Positions 37,578 through 47,657 of a stretch of 64,000 bases of DNA are shown piece after piece (position 1 is the first letter of the stretch; each line of letters starts with the position of its first letter). Location of the stretch: positions 39,365 through 103,364 of the forward strand of contig CAZUXE010000001.1 of NCBI GenBank assembly GCA_964624585.1, in the 5' to 3' direction. The notes beneath the pieces were generated by a model. It was not told the origin of the DNA, did no database searches, and worked only from the letters and a program-made list of their open reading frames with translations. The translations under genes were made by a program, and so were the position numbers. This DNA is from an uncultured bacterium. GTDB taxonomy: Bacteria; Hydrothermota; Tepidihabitantia; B3-TA06.

Positions 37578-40500
37578 TTATTTCTCAACCACTGTGATAA
37601 TATTTTCTGCCGAATGAGCGCGTTTGTCGGAGAAGTACATAAGCGAAGCTTCGGCAGGCATGGTATGGTAAACGCCAGGCAAATACGGTTCAAGCACATA
37701 GCTGAACTCACGATGTCCCCAAAGATAGCTTATGAAGAAAGCCGTGTGATCGTCATGAAGCTCTCTGCCGGAATACATATATCCCCAATCTTCATAATCA
37801 TAGTAGCCCCACCAGTAGCGTTCGTTGCGAATACTGTAACGGTCTCTGTTTTTTGCAACCTCGAAACCTGCCGGAAGCGGGTCTTTAATCATTACATACT
37901 CATAGTCATCGTCTGCATCAACATACAGCTTAACAAACAGTGGTTCGCCAACCTTGAGCGCTCCTTCTAAGGGCAGTTTATCATAGACCAACTTATTGTT
38001 TTCTACTTTAGGAACAAGACGATAGTACTCACGGGTTATCTTCAAAGCGGAGCCTGCACTTGGGATTTCCTCTTCCTTGGAATAATATGAGAGAATCAGG
38101 CTAAAGAACAAATTGCCGCTACCTTTTTTATGCACCTTTAGGATATTATTCGCAGTAGGTTTTATAGACCTTAAATTAATAACTAAAGGCCTGTTAAATT
38201 CTGAAAGCGTGTTTGCAGAAACATTGTAGTTTGCAATAGATTTTCCATTAAGGGTAAAGTCAAGCTTCATATTAGGATTCGTATCACCGGTCGTTTTCAA
38301 AAACTCGGCAAGAGCAAGAAGAGCTAAACCCGAATCTTTAGTTGATTTCCAACGGTTACCCCTTCTTTTCCTCAAGAGCCAGAATACAACCTTTGAAACA
38401 ACTTCATCTTTAGGAGAAATTGCCAAAAACGCACGTAGCGCAGTGGCTGTGGTTTCTATAGGGTCATCATACCAGTATTCAACATTACGTACCTGCCCAG
38501 CCCAATAAACCGTTTCCTCATCTGTAATAGCGTCTTTCTTCAAACGCTTAAGTATTAGCTTGGCTGAGGCGTCATCGCCTATTTCATGATAACTCAAGGC
38601 CATCAAAGCCTTGGCGTATGGATCAACTTTTTTCTTTCGTAGAATTTTTAAGTGCTTTTCCACAACCGCTTTATTGTCTCCAGGAGCCATTGATAACGCA
38701 TAAACCATGTAAGCACGTTCAGTTACGTTTATTGTCGTATCGCGAGTTTCTAAAAGACTAGCAAGCGCAGAGCTACCTCTTTTTAACACTTTAGGGTTGA
38801 TATCGTAGCCTAATTCCTGAGCATAGGTAAGGCCATGAACTACATAAGCGGTCATGATATTCATGGTTTTATCATTTTCCCACCAGCCCCAGCCGCCGTC
38901 TGAATGTTGGTAACCGTAAAGTTTTGCCAGTCCTTTTTCAATCATCTTGGGTAATTCTTTGGCTAAGGCAGGATTACCTTTTTTGGGGTCTGCTATTAAA
39001 TCTGCAACTATTAAATCGGGAAAGAAACTTGACATAGTTTGCTCAACGCATCCGTAAGGATAGGCTGCCAGATATGAAAGTCCTGAGAATAAGGCTGAGC
39101 TAATGGTAGGGGTAAGGGTTAGTTTAGCCTGAATTGAGCTTAATTGAATTTCTTTAGGTATGCTGAAGGAACGGGTAATTTTTTGCTCTGGCTTTGGCAT
39201 AAATCCTGAAAGAAGCAAATTGCGCATAATGCCATGCGGATTAGCCGGTATGGTAAGTTGCATAGCATCAGAAGCGTCAACGCCTATGACTTTAGCGGTC
39301 ATTTTAACCTTACCTGAGGTTTCACACTTAACAGGCCAATCTACCCTGAAAGCTCCTCCTGAAGCTATAGTAGCTGTGTATGAAGTCTTTTTTGAAAACA
39401 GCTTAGCGCCATCTACCAAGAAAGAAATCTTGACGTCCTGAGTGGAATGCGTGTAGTTGTGGACAACGGTTGGAATTATCAGCGAATCACGCTCCGTCAC
39501 AAAACGCGGGGGAATAATTCTTATCAATAAATCTTTTGTTACTAAAGACTTATAACGTACTTCGCCAACCTTGCTATCCTCGGTAATCGCTTTAGCTGTA
39601 GCCCGCCAGGTAGTCAGATTATCCGGCCAAATAAGTTCAAAATTGGCTTCTCCCTTGGCGTTGGTTCTCAAGATAGCGTCCCAATAGGCCATATCTTTGA
39701 ACTTTGTTCTTATCTTAGGCTCATCTTTACCTTTATATGCTGCAAGAACAACACTATCTTTCGTCGCTGCCTTCAATTTAGCGTAGTCTTGTTCGTAGCC
39801 GTAGAATGAAAAATAGATTGATGAAGAGGTTGAAACCTGATTATAGCGTTCACCATAGAAATAATCCTTAATTGGTGAAGCAAATTCTGAAGCCAGTGAA
39901 TAGATGGCCTCATCAACAAGCCCTACCGATATATCGGCTTTAACCGGTCTATTCTTCCAATCCTTAACGAAAACCTTGAATTTAGCCTTTTCTCCGGGTT
40001 CGTACTTTTCCTTATCAGAGCTAAGCTCAATCTTAAGTAACTTAGAAGTGTCGTTGACCACCATTTTTTCAGAATGGTTGAAGAAATCGCCCTCAAATAT
40101 TCCACTAACCGATAAGTATACGTTGGGGAAATATTCAGGACGTACCTTAAACTTCAGGCGGGCAGTATTTCCCTTCATTTCAGTAATTCTAATATCGTAG
40201 AGGTCATCAGCTTCAATTGAGCTTATAACACTCGCATTCTCAAATGGATAGATAATCAGAGCTTCAGCCCAATCACCTACTTTGTAGCTTTCTTTATCGA
40301 AAACAATCTGAGTTCTGTCAACCTTCCATGTATAATAGCCGTTTCTTTCAGAAACCCAGAACCAGCGTTTATCAACATTAGTTCGTCCATTTTTATCGCT
40401 TGAGGTAGCTTTTACGTAGTAATATCCGCCTTTTTTGGGCTTGAATTTATAGATATAGACACCATTATTAGATATCCTGACGGTTCTTCTGGCAACCACT

Positions 40501-42215
40501 TCATCATCTTTATCCCAGTAATCCCTGTACACAAGCAAATCAACCTTACCGGCAACAGGTTTATTGAGGATATCGTGGGTTTTTATCTCTATTTCCGCCT
40601 CTTCACCTAAATTTACCACGTAAGATAAAGGGGTCAGGTTAACTAAAACTTCAGAAGATGCAACAAGGCTTCTAGCTTCGCCCGATTCACTGCGCCTTGA
40701 GGCATCACGAACTTGAGCTTCAAATATGTAACTGAAGTTTTTATCATTCAGAGGTAGACGATAGGAAAAAACAAGTTTCCCGTTTTCATCGGTACTAGCT
40801 TCAAGTTCATCAACATATGAAGTCCCGTACCAATAGTAGCGATGATGCTGCCTGCGATAAACCTTTAGTTTAACGTCAGCTTTAGCCACAGGAGCGCCAA
40901 AGAAGTAATCGGCGGATACGGTAATTTTTGCAATATCGCCCTGAATATAGGCCTTTTTGGCAACCTTTACTTCCACTTTAAATTCAGGCTTTCGGTACTC
41001 TTCTACCTTGAAATAAGTTGAATGACAACTACTATCAACATATGCTGTTAGGGTATACTTTCCCAGACGTGATGAAGTTGGTACTATTAATGAGTCATTA
41101 AATGCCCCCCAATCATCACTTTTCAATGTCTGACGGTATATTTCCTTTCCTTCAGGATCGGTTATTACAACTTTGGCTTCATCAACCGATGGCTTGCGAT
41201 ATTGCCCCCGCTTAAATCGCCTTATAATTCCTTTGAAGTAAACGGTTTGGTCAGGTCTGTAAATAGGACGTTCAGTATGTAAGTAGACCTTTATTTCGGT
41301 CTGTTTTTTAGGGTCAGGTATAAAACCTTCATCATCTTCATAATAATCATCATAGTAATAATCTTCATTGTCGTAATAGTAATACTTATCAAGCAGGGCA
41401 AAATTGTCTCCATCCTGAAGCAATACCTTTATATGCGATGTATCAACAGCGGTATGAAAAAGCCCCTTGGCATTTGTTCTGCCTGAAGCAAGCGTCTTTG
41501 TACCTGCAAGAACCGTTACCTTTGCACCTTTTCGAGGTTTCCCGTCTGCAGAGTTGAGTGCAAAGATGTAGACTCCTTTAGGAGTCTGCTTAGTTATTAG
41601 TGAAATATTTGAAACAACCACCGGTGTATACGCAACTTTGGTACCGTAATAAGCTTCCACCAAATATACCCCCGGCTCATCAATCCCCAAGTCTACTGTT
41701 TCATAGTGATAGCTGTTATTATAGCTGTAGTAATCGTCATTAGACTTCTTTTTCTTCACAAACTTAAAAGTCCATTCTTTAAGCAAGGGATAGCCTTTAA
41801 GTTTAGGCACACTTCCTTGAACTACGGCTTTGCGGATTTCTTTATCCGTTTTCTCCAAATTAGGTAAGCCTATGTAATCTCGTATACTTATCCTGCTTTC
41901 CTCGCTCAGCATTTCTCTAGCCAAATATCGAGAATTCCGCTTAGCGCGTTCACTTATTCCTTGTATCATATGGAAGAGATTAACCGCATCCTTATTTTGT
42001 CTAACTTTTGGTGAGTGCAAGTTCTTTTGTGATGCGAAAAATTTAGTTGGATTTTCAATTTTATATAACCTGAAATAAACCTTGTCAATACCATAGGCTT
42101 CCAGATTTATTTCAGTTTTCTCTTCAGGAGAATACAGATGAGATGCAGAAAGGTATATATCGGAATATGCAAATAACCCGCTGGTTAAAATGGATAAAAG
42201 CGCAAAAACTTTCAT
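37578..42215 (-). CDS. Bacterial alpha-2-macroglobulin (thioester-containing protease-trapping protein)
   Basis: 1545 aa with a signal peptide. Canonical thioester motif AYPYGCVEQTMSSF (CxEQ). Large multi-domain MG/TED organisation. Confidence 0.9.
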   Translation of the reverse strand: MKVFALLSILTSGLFAYSDIYLSASHLYSPEEKTEINLEAYGIDKVYFRLYKIENPTKFFASQKNLHSPKVRQNKDAVNLFHMIQGISERAKRNSRYLAREMLSEESRISIRDYIGLPNLEKTDKEIRKAVVQGSVPKLKGYPLLKEWTFKFVKKKKSNDDYYSYNNSYHYETVDLGIDEPGVYLVEAYYGTKVAYTPVVVSNISLITKQTPKGVYIFALNSADGKPRKGAKVTVLAGTKTLASGRTNAKGLFHTAVDTSHIKVLLQDGDNFALLDKYYYYDNEDYYYDDYYEDDEGFIPDPKKQTEIKVYLHTERPIYRPDQTVYFKGIIRRFKRGQYRKPSVDEAKVVITDPEGKEIYRQTLKSDDWGAFNDSLIVPTSSRLGKYTLTAYVDSSCHSTYFKVEEYRKPEFKVEVKVAKKAYIQGDIAKITVSADYFFGAPVAKADVKLKVYRRQHHRYYWYGTSYVDELEASTDENGKLVFSYRLPLNDKNFSYIFEAQVRDASRRSESGEARSLVASSEVLVNLTPLSYVVNLGEEAEIEIKTHDILNKPVAGKVDLLVYRDYWDKDDEVVARRTVRISNNGVYIYKFKPKKGGYYYVKATSSDKNGRTNVDKRWFWVSERNGYYTWKVDRTQIVFDKESYKVGDWAEALIIYPFENASVISSIEADDLYDIRITEMKGNTARLKFKVRPEYFPNVYLSVSGIFEGDFFNHSEKMVVNDTSKLLKIELSSDKEKYEPGEKAKFKVFVKDWKNRPVKADISVGLVDEAIYSLASEFASPIKDYFYGERYNQVSTSSSIYFSFYGYEQDYAKLKAATKDSVVLAAYKGKDEPKIRTKFKDMAYWDAILRTNAKGEANFELIWPDNLTTWRATAKAITEDSKVGEVRYKSLVTKDLLIRIIPPRFVTERDSLIIPTVVHNYTHSTQDVKISFLVDGAKLFSKKTSYTATIASGGAFRVDWPVKCETSGKVKMTAKVIGVDASDAMQLTIPANPHGIMRNLLLSGFMPKPEQKITRSFSIPKEIQLSSIQAKLTLTPTISSALFSGLSYLAAYPYGCVEQTMSSFFPDLIVADLIADPKKGNPALAKELPKMIEKGLAKLYGYQHSDGGWGWWENDKTMNIMTAYVVHGLTYAQELGYDINPKVLKRGSSALASLLETRDTTINVTERAYMVYALSMAPGDNKAVVEKHLKILRKKKVDPYAKALMALSYHEIGDDASAKLILKRLKKDAITDEETVYWAGQVRNVEYWYDDPIETTATALRAFLAISPKDEVVSKVVFWLLRKRRGNRWKSTKDSGLALLALAEFLKTTGDTNPNMKLDFTLNGKSIANYNVSANTLSEFNRPLVINLRSIKPTANNILKVHKKGSGNLFFSLILSYYSKEEEIPSAGSALKITREYYRLVPKVENNKLVYDKLPLEGALKVGEPLFVKLYVDADDDYEYVMIKDPLPAGFEVAKNRDRYSIRNERYWWGYYDYEDWGYMYSGRELHDDHTAFFISYLWGHREFSYVLEPYLPGVYHTMPAEASLMYFSDKRAHSAENIITVVEK

Positions 42216-42241
42216 AATGAACCCTCCTTTAGGTTCAGAAA

Positions 42242-42958
42242 CTATATTAAAATCTTAAATCTGTAGAATCCGGCAAAGGCAGGATTAGTCTCAACCGGAC
42301 GCCAAATTTCATTATCTAAAGCAAGTAAGGTTTCAAACTTAATTAAACGCATTTCCCCTTCCTTAACCTCTCCGTTTGCTTCATCAATACCCGGGCCTGT
42401 GTGATAAAGAAGGTAGGGTCTAGACCTAAGTTCTATATATATCATCACATGCGCTTCTTTGCCTTTGGGGGTAAAAAAAAGCAAATCGCCGGACTTTATT
42501 TTCTCATCCAATTTTCTGCTTAAAAAAACTGTATGATGCTCCATTAAATGACGCACGTCTGCAAAGTTATTTAATTTTCCCCTTTTTCTGTCTCCTGTTT
42601 GATAAGAGCCATCAGCTACCCTAAAGATATCTGTACCTATATATGGTATCTCTGGATAATGAAAGGCTTCTATTTCCGGAATTGTGCGCTCTACTAGATT
42701 ACCAAAACTTTTCCGCCAGTTAGCGTTATGCGCCTTAAGCGCTTCCCTGTAAGAAAAAAGAACCAAATTAGTACAATCTGCAACTTCATCTGTTGGATTT
42801 AGGTAGCGTGAAAGGGCAATTGTGGTAAACCAGCGACGAAAATTACGACGATCGGCATTTGTTTTCAACTCAGCAAGATCAGGAAAACCGTCTGAATCTG
42901 TATCAAGCGGTTGATGTGGGTTCAGGGCTAAAAATAGCGCTATAAGTGCAGTGTGCAT
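42242..42958 (-). CDS. Secreted hypothetical protein co-transcribed upstream of the A2M gene (possibly DUF1175/YfaT-like)
   Basis: Signal peptide. Calcium-binding-like DTDSDGFPD motif. 26-nt gap to the A2M start. The family assignment rests on memory of an A2M-neighbour family and is not verified. Confidence 0.35.
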   Translation of the reverse strand: MHTALIALFLALNPHQPLDTDSDGFPDLAELKTNADRRNFRRWFTTIALSRYLNPTDEVADCTNLVLFSYREALKAHNANWRKSFGNLVERTIPEIEAFHYPEIPYIGTDIFRVADGSYQTGDRKRGKLNNFADVRHLMEHHTVFLSRKLDEKIKSGDLLFFTPKGKEAHVMIYIELRSRPYLLYHTGPGIDEANGEVKEGEMRLIKFETLLALDNEIWRPVETNPAFAGFYRFKILI

Positions 42959-43282
42959 TAGTACTTACCTCCAAATATAGGTCGTTGCAGAACAAATGCC
43001 AACCAACTTCCACCCTAGCTGACTCACTCCAGAATACCAAATACGATAAAAAGAGTCGTATTAATCTGGTGTTGCCCCAAATTATTTGGGCTAAGCAAAG
43101 TATTACAGTATAGTTGTAAGAACAAAGCTTGTCAAGTATTAAATTGTGAGCTAGCTAAAGAGAGGTTCTTAAAACTTAAACAGCTTGACAAAAAAATCTT
43201 TTCAGATATTCTTTAAGTTATATGGGAGAACAGTATTAAACTGCCTCCTTAAAAAGCATGACTCAAGGAGGATTGTCAGGTA

Positions 43283-44938
43283 ATGAGTATAATTATTTTA
43301 ATGTTTCTAACTTTATCTGCGTCTGAAAGTAAGCATAATGTAGGCTCGTCATTTCAGGAATACAGTCTTATTAAACGTAGCGAAATATATCTTCACCGCC
43401 TAAAATTAGGTGGCAGACCGTGGTCAAAAAATCTTAACGTAGGTTTTCGTTTTGCACACCTGCCTAACGGAAACTCCTTTTTGTTTGAAAGGGATAAGAA
43501 TAACTTTGGAAGGGCGTACTTTTTTAAGCCTAATGGTGAACTAAATAAAAGCATTTTGCTTAAAATACCTAGTAGGCTTAGCCCAAAAGGAAAACCCGAC
43601 GATTTAGCTTCAATAACAAATACCCTTACCAATTCATATAATAATTTTCTAACTTATGATCTTTCTTTTGGAAAACTAAAATTATGGGATGCTAGAGGAA
43701 ATCTGGTTCGCAATTTCTTTCTACCAAGTAACCCTGATTTTAATCCCGATAAACTCATATTAACAGGCAGTTTTGACTATAACACCTTGGCTTTTGGATG
43801 TTTCTATCTTACATACGAAGAGGGCAAGTCCATTTGTGTACCCAAAGCCCTGGTTTTTGACCAAAACGACACATTAAAACCTCCGCTTGAGGTTATTTTA
43901 TTAAAAGATACTACAAAACTACCTGAAGACCCCGGTCCTTATTATATTGTACAAGTAAACGTTATTTCAGAAGATTTAACAGCCTGTTATGTTACCGATT
44001 ACCCAGAGCTTTACTTAATACGCAAGGATGGCACTGTTCTTCGGGAAAATACAGTTCCCCCCCATTTTCGTTCAATTGAAGACGCCGCCCCACCACCTGT
44101 ACGAAAAGATACAGAATGCGGATGTAAGAATATTAATGATGATGATGGATACTTTTTAGAAGCAATGGAGGAATGGGTTAGTACATGGACACATTCCATT
44201 GTAGCCCCCTACAAGTACTTAAATAATACCCTGATAGTCCCAAGAGAGCGTGATTCAACATCTTATCTTGATATGTATTCATACTCTAAAGACAGCGTTT
44301 CTTACCTAGGGTACGCTTCTATTGATAATAAAAAGTTCCTGTTTGCCGATACTTCCGGCGTATTCATGCTTGAAAGAAAAGACGATACTTGTGTAGTTGT
44401 AGGTAAATACAGCATAATAACACCGGACTACAGGGAAAGTCGCCCCGGTGGATGGAGCAATGCTAATTTGAACTATGAACAATTGGCCGGTATCCACAAG
44501 GTTCCTGCAAATAAGCAAGAAAAACCGCCTAAACCTCCTTTGGAAACAAATATAAGTACACTCAAACTGCTCTCTTCTGATAGTATTGAGTACTCTTTAA
44601 TAGATTCTTTGAGCAATGGTAAAAATCATGTAATCTTGTTTGTAGCTCCTGAAAATTACTTCGCTAATAAAGGTTTTAAGGCGGCTCAAAAATACTGGTT
44701 AAACGATAGTACAAACTCTGATTTTACCGTAGTTTATATTTACCCCTATCCTGACGAATTTATGCCCCTTAGGCGTTTGATGCAATGTAATCATCCTATT
44801 TTCACCGATATCAAGTCTAGTAATTTGAAACCATTTATGCGAAAAGAAGTAAGTTTTCTTATTGTCTCAAAGGATGGAACTGTTAGCTCAATTGCAGATT
44901 ACCCTGATTTTGAGCTAAAACCTGTAGAAGAGAAATAA
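43283..44938 (+). CDS. Hypothetical secreted protein (551 aa)
   Basis: Signal peptide and RBS caaggagg. No recognised domain. Followed by a strong terminator. Confidence 0.4.
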   Translation: MSIIILMFLTLSASESKHNVGSSFQEYSLIKRSEIYLHRLKLGGRPWSKNLNVGFRFAHLPNGNSFLFERDKNNFGRAYFFKPNGELNKSILLKIPSRLSPKGKPDDLASITNTLTNSYNNFLTYDLSFGKLKLWDARGNLVRNFFLPSNPDFNPDKLILTGSFDYNTLAFGCFYLTYEEGKSICVPKALVFDQNDTLKPPLEVILLKDTTKLPEDPGPYYIVQVNVISEDLTACYVTDYPELYLIRKDGTVLRENTVPPHFRSIEDAAPPPVRKDTECGCKNINDDDGYFLEAMEEWVSTWTHSIVAPYKYLNNTLIVPRERDSTSYLDMYSYSKDSVSYLGYASIDNKKFLFADTSGVFMLERKDDTCVVVGKYSIITPDYRESRPGGWSNANLNYEQLAGIHKVPANKQEKPPKPPLETNISTLKLLSSDSIEYSLIDSLSNGKNHVILFVAPENYFANKGFKAAQKYWLNDSTNSDFTVVYIYPYPDEFMPLRRLMQCNHPIFTDIKSSNLKPFMRKEVSFLIVSKDGTVSSIADYPDFELKPVEEK

Positions 44939-44980
44939 ATTACCATTCTCAGACTATGAGAATAAAGAGACAAATCAACA

Positions 44981-45010
44981 AGCGCCGGTTAATTCCGGCG
45001 CTTGCTTTTC
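44981..45010 (+). terminator. Rho-independent terminator
   Basis: agcgccgg-ttaatt-ccggcgct followed by tgcttttc. Confidence 0.7.
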
Positions 45011-45130
45011 CCGCAACCCGAAGATAAACCACTTAGAAAAGCCATTCCGACTAAGCACTATCATAGTTTTGCAACTTTTCAATCTTGACATTGGACTAAT
45101 CGTTGCTATACTTTTCTAAAATAGTCTTTA

Positions 45131-45925
45131 TTGTATACTATGGAGGATATCTTGGCCTTAAAGGATATAGAAGTCTCAAGGGCAATTATTGAACGCTACA
45201 CAGAGAGGCTTTTAGACAATCTTGAAGTTGATGTAGCCGTGGTTGGAGCGGGACCGGCAGGCCTTACTGCAGCCTACACGCTAGCTGAAAAAGGATTCAA
45301 AACCTGTATCTTTGAACGCGCCCTTAAGCCCGGAGGCGGTATGCCGGGCGGAGGCATGATGTTTTCAGAAATTGTGGTTCAGCAAGAAGCTAAACCGATT
45401 TTAGAAGATTTAGGTGTTAGGCTTCATGAACAGAATCCGGGCTACTTTGTTGCCGACGCTATTGAAGTGTTAGGTTGTCAGTTAGTAAGAGTAACCCATG
45501 CCAATGTGAAATTGTTTAATTTGGTGTCAGTTGAGGACGTTCTTCTGTATGATGAACGAGTATCAGGATTGGTACTGAACTGGACTGCTGTTCAAATGGG
45601 CGGACTTCATGTTGATCCACTAACTATGAAGGCAAAAGTCGTAATAGACGCAACTGGTCACGCTGCCGAAGTTGTCAACGGACTCTTAAGAAAGGCCAAG
45701 GTGAAAATTAATACGCCGTCAGGTAAATTTGAAGGGGAACGCCCAATGTGGGCAGACAAGGCGGAACAGCTGACTCTTGAAAATACGGCAGAAATTTATC
45801 CAGGACTTTGGATTACCGGAATGGCGGCTAATGCATGTTTTGGTGCCCCTCGCATGGGACCTATATTCGGCGGAATGTTTATGTCCGGAAAAAAGGTTGC
45901 TGAGAAAATAGCTGAAACCTTGTAG
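45131..45925 (+). CDS. thi4: Thiamine thiazole synthase, Thi4 family (archaeal/eukaryotic-type)
   Basis: FAD/NAD-binding motif VAVVGAGPAGLTAAY. Thi4-specific GGGMPGGGMMF loop. VVIDATGHAAEV block. Confidence 0.8.
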   Translation: MYTMEDILALKDIEVSRAIIERYTERLLDNLEVDVAVVGAGPAGLTAAYTLAEKGFKTCIFERALKPGGGMPGGGMMFSEIVVQQEAKPILEDLGVRLHEQNPGYFVADAIEVLGCQLVRVTHANVKLFNLVSVEDVLLYDERVSGLVLNWTAVQMGGLHVDPLTMKAKVVIDATGHAAEVVNGLLRKAKVKINTPSGKFEGERPMWADKAEQLTLENTAEIYPGLWITGMAANACFGAPRMGPIFGGMFMSGKKVAEKIAETL

Positions 45926-45950
45926 AAACCGGATTCTTAAAGGAGCAAGC

Positions 45951-46331
45951 ATGAAACATAAAATCTGGTATGATGAGGAGCATGGCGTAGTTCGTGAGCA
46001 ATTCTTTGGCGATATATGCAAAGATGAATTGGACGAATTCTTTAATGTTGCGCGACGCTTTCGCAATGGTAGCACTAAACTTAAGCTGTTATCTGACTAC
46101 ACCAGGGCATCACGTAAAGTATACGATTGTGCAGAAACCAGGTTAAAGATGACTAATGAATTAGTTCGCTTAAACAATTGTCATGAAAAATTAGCTATTT
46201 TAGTCAACGACGCCTATATAAGGCTTCTGGCCGGAGCCACCGCCTTGGGAACAAAAGACAGAGGTAGAAATGTTGAAATGAAAATGTTTCAAAACGAAGG
46301 CGATGCTTTGGCATGGTTGAAGGAAGATTGA
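45951..46331 (+). CDS. Hypothetical protein (STAS/SpoIIAA-like?)
   Basis: 126 aa. Weak resemblance to STAS-fold proteins. RBS aaaggagcaagcATG. Confidence 0.3.
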   Translation: MKHKIWYDEEHGVVREQFFGDICKDELDEFFNVARRFRNGSTKLKLLSDYTRASRKVYDCAETRLKMTNELVRLNNCHEKLAILVNDAYIRLLAGATALGTKDRGRNVEMKMFQNEGDALAWLKED

Positions 46332-46333
46332 GT

Positions 46334-47107
46334 TTACAGGTATATCCTTAAGCCATCGGATGCGGCAATAACATCAATAGCTGTTTTATCTGATAATCGC
46401 TTAGCTAAGGCATATGGATTAGCTTCAATCATTCGTGTACCGAAATGTGTCATAATAACTTTTTTAGGGTTCAAGTCGGGAATCAGTACCCCTAAATCTT
46501 CAGCGCTTAAATGCCTTGCCGAAGCGGTTACATGCGTTTGACTTAAAACTGTATTGATAACCAAAATATCCAAATTAGAATAGCTTCCGCTGAGTTCCTT
46601 GAAATAGCCGGTATCTACCAAAAAACCAATTGTTTTTCCTTCTGCCTCAAATATCAATCCGTAGGTTTCTACAGGATGTTTGTGCTTTAGGGATGTCCGG
46701 AATTGCAATTTGTCCAATTGATAGGTTTTGTTCTCTTGCAGAGTTATTATATCCTGAGGAAAGTTCCTTAGATACTCCAGCAACACCGAATTTACTCCTT
46801 TTATGCAATCTGCAGGAGCATATACCACTCCTTGTTTCTTGATACCGCCTGCTGTCATTGCATCAATCAAGACGTTCAAATCGTTGGAATGGTCAATGTG
46901 AGAATGGGTAAGCATCAGTGCATCCAAATTGCGAACATCAATACAAGGTTTGGAGGCAGCCATTTTCACTAAAGTTCCTGGCCCTGGATCAATAATAATA
47001 TTTTTCCCGCACATGTGGAGATAAATTCCCGCAGACGAACGCAGCTGACTGGCAATAACATAACGGGCGCCGCCGGTTCCCAAAAACTCAATAAATGACT
47101 TTTTCAA
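46334..47107 (-). CDS. MBL-fold metallo-hydrolase
   Basis: HxHxDH zinc-ligand motif (LTHSHIDHSND) and a downstream His/Asp. Confidence 0.75.
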   Translation of the reverse strand: MKKSFIEFLGTGGARYVIASQLRSSAGIYLHMCGKNIIIDPGPGTLVKMAASKPCIDVRNLDALMLTHSHIDHSNDLNVLIDAMTAGGIKKQGVVYAPADCIKGVNSVLLEYLRNFPQDIITLQENKTYQLDKLQFRTSLKHKHPVETYGLIFEAEGKTIGFLVDTGYFKELSGSYSNLDILVINTVLSQTHVTASARHLSAEDLGVLIPDLNPKKVIMTHFGTRMIEANPYALAKRLSDKTAIDVIAASDGLRIYL

Positions 47108-47622
47108 AAAAATCTCCTATTCCGCGTCCTGCCAACTCAAGATTGACTGATTTAAGGAATATTCCTTCCGACGCTTAGGTCTCATCTGAAACTAATCATA
47201 GTTATCGAAGGATTTTTGTCAATTCAACTCAGTGCAAACTTTTGTAAACGCCGCAAATATCTTCCATACCATGTCCTTAATCTTTTCGCCCTATGGCAAA
47301 AGAAGACACCTACCTGCATCACTTACACTTTCACAAAAATCGGTATTTCCTAAAATAATAGAATAGCGCCTAACGAAACACTAAGCTTTACGTATGAAAG
47401 CTTAGTAGAGATAACTGATTATTAATCCCCTCTCTGTGCTACAAACTTAAGCAGACAACTCTTATTTCGGCTAATCCCTTACTTGCAAAGTAATAAAAAG
47501 ACTCTTTTGGCCATCTTGAAACCGAAATAATATCAAACAATGACGTGTGCAAAATTGAGGCTGAAGTCTCTGGAAACGATACCCTAGAGAGTCTGTAGGC
47601 TTTCGAGTTACCGTTAATGCCC

Positions 47623-47651
47623 TTGACAAACCGCCTTAAGCTGTCTAATAT
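47623..47651 (+). promoter_or_regulatory. Sigma70-type promoter for the histidine kinase gene
   Basis: -35 TTGACA (47623-47628), 17-nt spacer, -10 TAATAT (47646-47651). Lies 7-12 nt upstream of the GTG/ATG start. Confidence 0.55.
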
Positions 47652-47657
47652 TTCCCC

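Noticed and set aside
44939-45130. Searched for a TPP riboswitch upstream of thi4; noted the palindrome attctcagactatgagaat
   Set aside because: The CUGAGA-like hexamer is part of a simple palindrome. The only strong hairpin is the terminator of the upstream gene. The conserved THI-box P4/P5 sequence is absent.
45131-45925. Considered a functional link between the Thi4 homologue and RuBisCO (older 'RuBP synthesis' annotations of archaeal Thi4)
   Set aside because: The genes are 25 kb apart on opposite strands. Thi4 is now established as a thiazole synthase, so no linkage is proposed.
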